DNA of 64,000 nucleotides, from the NCBI GenBank assembly GCA_040755155.1, contig JBFMBP010000029.1, positions 8,066-72,065 of the forward strand. Direction: 5' to 3'. The notes beneath the pieces are model-generated. The model did not search any database. It saw nothing but the letters and a program-made list of their open reading frames with translations, and was not told the origin of the DNA. The translations under genes and the position numbers were made by a program. Positions 57,503 through 64,000 of the stretch are shown piece by piece (within the stretch, counting starts at the first letter, position 1; each line of letters begins with the position of its first letter). Origin of the DNA: Candidatus Omnitrophota bacterium. Lineage in GTDB: Bacteria > Hinthialibacterota > Hinthialibacteria > Hinthialibacterales > Hinthialibacteraceae.

Positions 57503-59731
57503 ATGTCCGATAACTGCCCATTCGTAGAAGCGGCGTTTCCGATTCCGGCGCGGTTGCTGTTTACCTACCGCATCCCCGATTCGTTGATCGGAAAAGTGAT
57601 GCCGGGCTGCCGTTTCTATGCGCCTTTCGGAAAAAGCCAACGCCTTGGCTTCGCGGCGGCTCTGCGCAGCGAACCTCCAGAAAATGTATCTCAAATCAAG
57701 GAAATCGGCCGCCTAGTGGATGAGGAGCCGTTATTCAGCCAGGAACTGCTGAACTTCTTGAAATGGGTTTCGGATTATTATTTCGCTTCGTTAGGGGAAA
57801 CCTTCTCCGCTGCTTATCCCTTCGCTCCCGCCATCCGGCCCAAAATGATTAAGGTCGTGTTGCTGGACGATCGCATTCAAGAAACAGGCCGCATTCCCGA
57901 CGACATTAGAACCGACAGCCAACGGCGCGTTCTCGAATTTCTTATCAATCGCAAAGCGCTTCTCTCCCCTTCCGACATCGCCCGCGAGGTGGGCGTATCA
58001 TCTTCCATCGTAAAAACGCTAGAAAAACATGGAATGGTCAAAATCGAAGCGCGGGAGTCGCTGCGCTCCATTCCCATTTTCGAATCCATCTCTAAGGCGC
58101 CGCCTTTCACGCTGACGGACGAACAGGAGCAGGCGCTATCCAGCATCTGCGCCGCGTTGGAAACTCCCTCGCCCAAACCGATTCTATTGCGCGGAATCAC
58201 CGGCAGCGGCAAGACGGAGGTCTATCTTCAAGCCATCGAGCGGACGCTGCAACAAGGGCGCTCGGCGCTGGCGCTGATCCCGGAGATTTCGCTCACTCCC
58301 CAAACCATGAACCGCTTCCAGTCGCGCTTCGGCGATTTGACGGGAATGCTGCATAGCGGCATGGGCCAGGGAGAGCGCTACGACGAATGGCGGCTCATCA
58401 AGCAGGGCAAGCGCCGCGTCGTCATCGGCGCCCGTTCCGCCATCTTCGCGCCCTTGGACAATCCCGGCCTCTTGATCGTGGACGAGGAGCACGATCCCTC
58501 CTACAAGCAATCCGATCCCAGCCCGCGTTACAATGCGCGTGATTTGGCGGCGGCGCGGGCGAGCATGGCGGGCGCGCTCTGCCTGCTCGGCTCGGCCACG
58601 CCCTCAGTGGAATCCTCTTTCAACGCAGATCGCAAAAAATACCACATCCTGCGCCTCGACCGCCGCGTCTCGCCTCACGGGCTGCCCGAAGTGCAGTTGA
58701 TCGATATGCGGGGACGTTCGGAAAACGAAGAGGTACTCGCCAACGAGTTGCAGGAAGCGTTATGGAGCAGCTGCGAAGCCAGGCAGCAATCCATCCTCTT
58801 CCTCAACCGCCGGGGCTTCGCCACGACGCTGTCGTGCAGCCATTGCGGCCATACTCTCGTCTGCGATCATTGCAGCGTTGCGATGGTTTATCATCGGTCG
58901 AACGATCTGCTCGTCTGCCATCATTGCGACTCCCGCCGCCCGCTGCCTCAGATTTGCCCTTCTTGCGGAGACAAGTTCATCCGGCAGAAAGGCTTCGGCA
59001 CCGAGCGAGTAGTTCACGTCCTGGAAGAATTGATCCCGGATATTCGCGTCATCCGCTTAGACCGCGACGCCGCCCGCAAGAAGGGAGATCACGACCGCCT
59101 TCTGACTTCCTTCCGCCAGGGCGAAGCGGACGTATTAGTGGGAACACAGATGATCGCTAAAGGATTGGACTTTCCCAACGTCACGCTGGTCGGCGTCATC
59201 AACGCCGACTACTCCCTATCGCTGCCCGATTTTCGCGCAGCGGAGCGCACGTTCTCCTTATTGACGCAGGTCGCCGGACGCGCAGGCCGGGGCGAGCATC
59301 CCGGCGAAGTCTTCGTGCAGAGCTATTATCCCGACCATTACAGCATCCAACTCGCCTTGAGGCAGGATTACGCCTCCTTCTACGAGAAAGAAATCCGCTA
59401 CCGGCGCCTGATCGGCTTCCCCCCGTTTTCCCGTCTGGTTCTCTGGCGCATCGAATCCAACAGCGAAGACGCGGCGCGGGGCAAGGCGTGGGATTTATAC
59501 GTCCTGTTGAACGAAGGATTAAAAAATATAAGGGACATTACGCTGCTGCCGCCGGTAGAAGCGCCTCTCTACCGCCTGCGCGACTACTACCGCTGGCAAG
59601 TAGCGCTGAAAAGCCGCGACCACCGCGCCTTCCGCCCGCTGCTAGCCAGCGAAAAAGTGCAGCAATTTCTCAGCCAGCGCAAACCGGGAATGCGGATTAT
59701 TCAGGATATCGATCCGTGGGATATGCTGTAA
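57503..59731 (+). CDS. priA: Primosomal protein N' (replication-restart helicase PriA)
   Basis: GITGSGKTEVY Walker A. DEEHD Walker B. Cys4/Cys4 zinc-binding region. C-terminal helicase motifs. Confidence 0.85.
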   Translation: MSDNCPFVEAAFPIPARLLFTYRIPDSLIGKVMPGCRFYAPFGKSQRLGFAAALRSEPPENVSQIKEIGRLVDEEPLFSQELLNFLKWVSDYYFASLGETFSAAYPFAPAIRPKMIKVVLLDDRIQETGRIPDDIRTDSQRRVLEFLINRKALLSPSDIAREVGVSSSIVKTLEKHGMVKIEARESLRSIPIFESISKAPPFTLTDEQEQALSSICAALETPSPKPILLRGITGSGKTEVYLQAIERTLQQGRSALALIPEISLTPQTMNRFQSRFGDLTGMLHSGMGQGERYDEWRLIKQGKRRVVIGARSAIFAPLDNPGLLIVDEEHDPSYKQSDPSPRYNARDLAAARASMAGALCLLGSATPSVESSFNADRKKYHILRLDRRVSPHGLPEVQLIDMRGRSENEEVLANELQEALWSSCEARQQSILFLNRRGFATTLSCSHCGHTLVCDHCSVAMVYHRSNDLLVCHHCDSRRPLPQICPSCGDKFIRQKGFGTERVVHVLEELIPDIRVIRLDRDAARKKGDHDRLLTSFRQGEADVLVGTQMIAKGLDFPNVTLVGVINADYSLSLPDFRAAERTFSLLTQVAGRAGRGEHPGEVFVQSYYPDHYSIQLALRQDYASFYEKEIRYRRLIGFPPFSRLVLWRIESNSEDAARGKAWDLYVLLNEGLKNIRDITLLPPVEAPLYRLRDYYRWQVALKSRDHRAFRPLLASEKVQQFLSQRKPGMRIIQDIDPWDML

Positions 59732-60884
59732 TAAATTCGATATTCTCAATTTTCCTATCATACGATTTCACAAATTCTATCCACTTATCAGAACTTAATG
59801 ATATTTCTCGATCACGAAATAGTACAAGAGAAATTCCATCAATCTTTACTGCGCTTTTATATCGAATCCCATAAATCTGTTGATCCCCAGAAATATTTTT
59901 AATAAATTCAGAAAATATTTGAGTCGGTATATATTCAAGAACATCTATATCCTTACTAATAGGTTTTGATATATCAATTGAAAATTCATCTAAAAACGGT
60001 ATAAGTAGTTCATCAACTAAAAAATTATAATCTTCCTCAAATATACTTTTAGATGGTGAAAAATCCACAAGATTAAGCACCTTCAACTTTTTTAAAGTTC
60101 TAAATTCAGCAATTACAACAATTTCATTAATTTTTGGATTCACTTCAGCGATACATGTCGATTCATCTTCTCCACCATAAAAGTAAGATATTCCGATTGG
60201 ATTCATCCGGCAATTTATAGTTTTATCAATAGGCGGACTCGTCAAATCTTCATGTTCAAATATCTTATTAGTTTTGTTAATCCTAGCTCTGAATATTAGG
60301 TTCCCTGGTTCTATTTCGTATATGTTATCCAGTAAAAATATTTCAAATTTATTGAATAAATCAATAATCTCTTCTTTTTCTTTATCATAATCTTCAACTC
60401 GTTTTACATTAACATCTTCAAATTCATAATACTTATTTCTGTATTGAAAAAATAATGAATATCTTGATTTATGTTTAACGTAATCACAGAATTTTTCCCA
60501 TGTTTCGAAATAATCGCCAGGTCCAAGGAATGGATGCTTCACAGAAAGATCTTTTGTATCATATTCTGAGTTTTTAGATATTATTTCAAGAAGTTGTTCA
60601 TTTTCAGATATCGTTTCCTCACTTTCAAGAATTTCATTTATTAATAAAGTGGGCATTTGATAACCACCTTCAGCATATTCACAAGGTATATGATTCGCTG
60701 AATGCTCATATTTTTTTCCAATACATTCATCAATGAATTCAATTATTTCTTCCACCTTTATTATAGGGATTTGTTGGGAACCACAAAAATCACATACACC
60801 ATCTTCTGATGATTCAATGTAATTTTTAATTGCAATGTCAGTAAAACAATTAATACAACAATTGCTATATACATTGCACATCAT
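59697..60884 (-). CDS. RES-domain protein with Cys-rich N-terminal (HEPN/RES-NTD-like) extension, on a low-GC (about 30%) islet. 3' end overlaps the priA stop by 35 nt.
   Basis: RES-domain pattern FRARI ... CRMNPIGISYFYGGEDESTCIAEV. N-terminal CCINC...CDFCG Cys cluster. Strong compositional contrast with neighbours. Confidence 0.6.
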   Translation of the reverse strand: MMCNVYSNCCINCFTDIAIKNYIESSEDGVCDFCGSQQIPIIKVEEIIEFIDECIGKKYEHSANHIPCEYAEGGYQMPTLLINEILESEETISENEQLLEIISKNSEYDTKDLSVKHPFLGPGDYFETWEKFCDYVKHKSRYSLFFQYRNKYYEFEDVNVKRVEDYDKEKEEIIDLFNKFEIFLLDNIYEIEPGNLIFRARINKTNKIFEHEDLTSPPIDKTINCRMNPIGISYFYGGEDESTCIAEVNPKINEIVVIAEFRTLKKLKVLNLVDFSPSKSIFEEDYNFLVDELLIPFLDEFSIDISKPISKDIDVLEYIPTQIFSEFIKNISGDQQIYGIRYKSAVKIDGISLVLFRDREISLSSDKWIEFVKSYDRKIENIEFITAYPTDRYPE

Positions 60885-60968
60885 ATTTATCCTTATAAGC
60901 TAAATATACTAATAAAATTTATGTTATCCATACTAATTTTGGAATTTTTTGATCTTTAATTAATTCAC

Positions 60969-62015
60969 TTACTCCTTCCCCTCCCCATCCACCACAACCA
61001 CCCGCCGCCCCTCCGCCGATTCGCGGATGGCTTGCATAACAGCCATGACTCTCCGTATATGCGCGGGAGGAACCATGAGCGGTTCGCGTTGGCGCATATA
61101 TTCGGCTAAGTTTTGGTAGAAGAGGATGCCTTCGGGAAGAATGGGATGGGGAACGGGATGCTCGCACTCGGCAATTTCACGGACGCCGGTTTTAAACAGC
61201 CGCGTGCGGCGCACAACCGCCGGTCCCTTGTCGCTTTCGATGACAATCGATCCTTCCTCACCGATGGCGTACCAGCGCGGGAAGGAATGGGGAGAGATGC
61301 GCGACGTTTCCGCCTTGATATTCAGACCATCGGAATAGGTCAGGCTGGCGAAATAGGCCGTCTCCACCTCCTGAGACCAGAGTGCCGTCTTGGTTTCCGC
61401 ATAGACGCATTCGATGGCGCCCGGCGCCAAGAGCAGCAGTTGATCGAGATCGTGGGGAACGCAGTCGTAGATCACGCCGCCGCCGAATTGTTTTTCTTGC
61501 CGCCAGGTTGGACGAAACTCTTGCGCCGGGTAATTGAGCGTCGAATCCAACTTCATGCGCCGCGATTCGATGCCCAACACTTTGCCTATTACGCTGTCCG
61601 CCAATAATTTCTGCAGGCAGGCGAAGCCCGGCTCCCAGCGCCGGTTTTGGAACATCGTCAGCAGGCGGCCTTTTTCCTGAGCGGATTGGATGATGCGATC
61701 CGTTCCCGCCAGGTCGAGCGCCAGCGGCTTATCTACCAGCAAATCCTTGCCCGCTTCCAACGTCTGCAAGGCGATGGCCTCATGGCTGGCTGTTGGCGTA
61801 GTAACGACAACCAATTGGACGCTCTCGTCTGCCAAAAAATCTTCGAGATTCGCGTAGGCGCGCATTCCCGAAACGCGCTGCTGCGCCAATGTCCGCCGCG
61901 CTTCCGTCGCGTCGCATCCGGCGGCGATGCGAAACTCCGGAATCGCCTCCAGACAGGGAACGTGAATCTCCAATCCGCTCTTGCCCAGGCCGATAATGCC
62001 CACGCCGATCATCAT
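60969..62015 (-). CDS. Gfo/Idh/MocA family oxidoreductase (cytoplasmic)
   Basis: GVGIIGLGKSG Rossmann motif. Family C-terminal domain. Confidence 0.8.
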   Translation of the reverse strand: MMIGVGIIGLGKSGLEIHVPCLEAIPEFRIAAGCDATEARRTLAQQRVSGMRAYANLEDFLADESVQLVVVTTPTASHEAIALQTLEAGKDLLVDKPLALDLAGTDRIIQSAQEKGRLLTMFQNRRWEPGFACLQKLLADSVIGKVLGIESRRMKLDSTLNYPAQEFRPTWRQEKQFGGGVIYDCVPHDLDQLLLLAPGAIECVYAETKTALWSQEVETAYFASLTYSDGLNIKAETSRISPHSFPRWYAIGEEGSIVIESDKGPAVVRRTRLFKTGVREIAECEHPVPHPILPEGILFYQNLAEYMRQREPLMVPPAHIRRVMAVMQAIRESAEGRRVVVVDGEGKE

Positions 62016-62026
62016 TCGCTATCCTT

Positions 62027-63352
62027 TCACAACGACGCGGCAGCCGCGCCGCGATGGCGCCTCCAATCCATGACGACAAGAAAAAATAACATCACAGTCG
62101 CCGCCAGGCTCATATATACGCAAAGAATTTTAAAGAATTCCATATTCTGATAATGATCGTAAAGACGCCCGATCACCTCTTCCTGCACTACAGGGCCAAT
62201 GCTGCCAATGCCGTTGATAACCCCGACGGCGCTGAGGGCGTCGCTACGTCCAGCCGTGGCGATGGCTCCCGCGCCGTTCAGGATGCTATCGGGACCATAA
62301 AGCATGAAGCCCACGAGTCCATACAAGCAAGCGAGAAGAAACGGGCTGTACGAACCATAGAGAATCACCAAAACGTAAGAGAACGTCATGCACGCCGCCA
62401 TGAGGGCGCACAACAGCCGCCAATTGCCTTTGAATATCTTATCCAACGCCCATCCGGCGATAATCACGCCCGCAAAACCCACGCCATCGAAAATGGAGGA
62501 ATAAAAGGCAGCGAGATCACCCGGCAATTGAAACTGGCTCTGCGATAGAAAGTAGGGTAGCCAGGAATCCAAGGAATAGCGCAGAAACTTGAGCGTAAAA
62601 TAGCAGAGTCCCATCATAACGATGGCGGGATTGCCCAACACCCGCAAAAAACCAGTGAAAGTCGCGCTCTGGCGTTCGTCGGGCGGTTCGGCGGATTCGT
62701 CATCCTTCGTCGTAATAGGCTCCAGCCCCGCATCTTCCGGACGGTTGCGATGAAGAATATAAAACAAAATCCAGATCAGCCCCATTCCCAGCGAGCAAGC
62801 CCAAAACGCGCTGCGCCATCCCATATAGCCCAGCATGAATCCCGCCAGAAACTTCACGCCCAGATTCCCCGCCAGGTAATTCGTAGACCAAACGCCCATG
62901 ATCTGGCCGCGCTCCTCCTTGCGCAGCCAATGGGCGACGCCGCCGACGTTGCCAGGCCAGCCGCTGGCTTGCGCCAGGCCGTTGAGAATCATGAATCCAA
63001 CGAACGTTTCATAGGAATTGGCAAAACCGAACGCGATGTTGCAGCCGAGTGAGACGGCCATGCCGATCAGAAGCAAAAGGCGCGGGCCGAGTTTTCGGCC
63101 TAAGATGCCGTTGAGAAATTGTCCCACCATATAAGCGACGAGAAAGGCGCTCCAAATATGCGCCAGCTGCGTCGCGTTCAAAGAAAACTCTTCGCCGATG
63201 CTTTTCTTGCATAATCCATAAGCTTTGCGGCAAAGATAATAACCCGAATAACTAAAATAAGTGGCGATCAGAATGCGCCAACGCCACCAATATTGGTCTT
63301 TCGTCAACGGCGGCAGCGCGATTTTTGGGTTTGTATCCATAACGTCATCCAT
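62027..63352 (-). CDS. MFS transporter (organophosphate:phosphate / oxalate-formate antiporter-like)
   Basis: 12 TM helices. G(x)LxDRxGxR-like loop motifs. Confidence 0.7.
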   Translation of the reverse strand: MDDVMDTNPKIALPPLTKDQYWWRWRILIATYFSYSGYYLCRKAYGLCKKSIGEEFSLNATQLAHIWSAFLVAYMVGQFLNGILGRKLGPRLLLLIGMAVSLGCNIAFGFANSYETFVGFMILNGLAQASGWPGNVGGVAHWLRKEERGQIMGVWSTNYLAGNLGVKFLAGFMLGYMGWRSAFWACSLGMGLIWILFYILHRNRPEDAGLEPITTKDDESAEPPDERQSATFTGFLRVLGNPAIVMMGLCYFTLKFLRYSLDSWLPYFLSQSQFQLPGDLAAFYSSIFDGVGFAGVIIAGWALDKIFKGNWRLLCALMAACMTFSYVLVILYGSYSPFLLACLYGLVGFMLYGPDSILNGAGAIATAGRSDALSAVGVINGIGSIGPVVQEEVIGRLYDHYQNMEFFKILCVYMSLAATVMLFFLVVMDWRRHRGAAAASL

Positions 63353-63399
63353 TCATCTCTCCAATCGCGTTTCGGAAACATATCGAAAATCGTAATTTC

Positions 63400-63456
63400 G
63401 TAGGGTAGGCTCAAAGCAATATCGTAGGGTGGGCTTAAAGCGAAGCGTAGCCCACC
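63400..63456. repeat. Hairpin repeat E copies (GTAGGGTAGGCTCAAAGCAATATC + GTAGGGTGGGCTTAAAGCGAAGCGTAGCCCACC), inverted relative to 6971-7003
   Basis: 32/33-nt match to the reverse complement of 6971-7003. Confidence 0.55.
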
Positions 63457-63463
63457 TTATCTC

Positions 63464-64000
63464 CTAAAGCGACGCCAATGTCTCGTGAACCGCCCAAATC
63501 AAGTAATCCACTTCATCGTCCGCATATCCGGGATAAATTGGTAGACCGAAAAGCTCGCGGGCGACGCGATCCATAACCGGGCACGGTTCGAAATCTCCCA
63601 TCGCCTTTTGGATTACGGGAAACGTGTACCACGGGGCGTATTGGAAAGACGTTTCCACGGCGTAATCGTCAAGCAATTTCTTTCGAACAACGTCGCGCGC
63701 CGCGCCGAATACTACTTCGTCCAACCGGCAAGGGTACATGTGATAAGCGTGCGTTGCGTCTTCCGGCTCGCAGGGCGTAACGAATCCTGCGATATCCCGC
63801 AACGCGGCGGACATGCGGCGGCCAATGCGGCGGCGCTTTTTGTTGACAAATTCCAGGCGCTTGAGTTGCTCGATTCCCACAGCGCATTGAGCCGCCGACA
63901 AGCGGTAGTTCGAACCCGCTTCACGCTCGTGATCGTAGTTGCGCAATTCGCGCGCTCGCTCGGCATATTCTTTATGCGGCGTCGTAATCATGCCGCCTTC
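63464..64000 (-). CDS. DegT/DnrJ/EryC1/StrS-family PLP aminotransferase, C-terminal part (gene continues beyond the right window edge)
   Basis: C-terminal domain pattern ...SAAQCAVGIEQLKRLEFVNKKRRRIG... Frame open to position 64000. Confidence 0.7.
   Translation of the reverse strand, partial: EGGMITTPHKEYAERARELRNYDHEREAGSNYRLSAAQCAVGIEQLKRLEFVNKKRRRIGRRMSAALRDIAGFVTPCEPEDATHAYHMYPCRLDEVVFGAARDVVRKKLLDDYAVETSFQYAPWYTFPVIQKAMGDFEPCPVMDRVARELFGLPIYPGYADDEVDYLIWAVHETLASL

Overview
This is a 64-kb chromosomal window from a bacterium of roughly 53-55% GC. Gene content (Tat-signal Gfo/Idh/MocA oxidoreductases, GldA/F/G-like ABC-2 + DUF4340, a spermidine-synthase/membrane fusion, IorAB) suggests an anaerobic, possibly PVC-group-like lineage, but that is inference only. 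Coding density is high and there are about 50 credible CDSs.

Gene content, in window order:
- A very large parallel beta-helix protein with an HEXXH motif, open at the window's left edge.
- An orphan ParA/MinD ATPase.
- Three Gfo/Idh/MocA oxidoreductases, two with Tat signals.
- An AmmeMemoRadiSam locus in which every component carries an export signal: Tat-signal radical SAM enzyme, Tat-signal DUF362, and a lipoprotein-signal Memo-AMMECR1 fusion.
- A two-gene GT4 / O-antigen-ligase-TPR / LolD-like block.
- A gldA/F/G-like ABC-2 module followed by DUF4340.
- FGGY kinase, QueG and a ROK glucokinase.
- A livKHMGF-type ABC transporter linked to three PaaK-like aryl-CoA ligases, an ACT protein, DAHP synthase and IorAB.
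- PriA.
- A low-GC RES-domain protein island.
- An MFS transporter and a DegT-family aminotransferase running off the right edge.

Non-coding content is unusually rich:
- A MITE-like family of about 300 bp with 12-16-bp TIRs (CTCATGTTACGCAGCC) and flanking direct duplications: six copies or fragments.
- A three-hairpin G/C-rich element family with conserved loops and compensating stem changes.
- A 33-bp hairpin repeat, GGGTGGCAAGGGCAAGGTTGTTTCTGCCCTTGA. One copy is split by a roughly 700-bp degenerate group II intron: domains I-III are in-frame with the N-terminal leader of the intron-encoded protein, and domains V/VI with a bulged A and a terminal AC are intact.
- G-tract word repeats, capable of forming G-quadruplexes (G4), sitting on gene 3' ends.
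- A cluster of 80-bp palindromes around a mini GIY-YIG gene that appears to have truncated an N6-adenine methyltransferase.

No rRNA, tRNA or CRISPR array was recognised.
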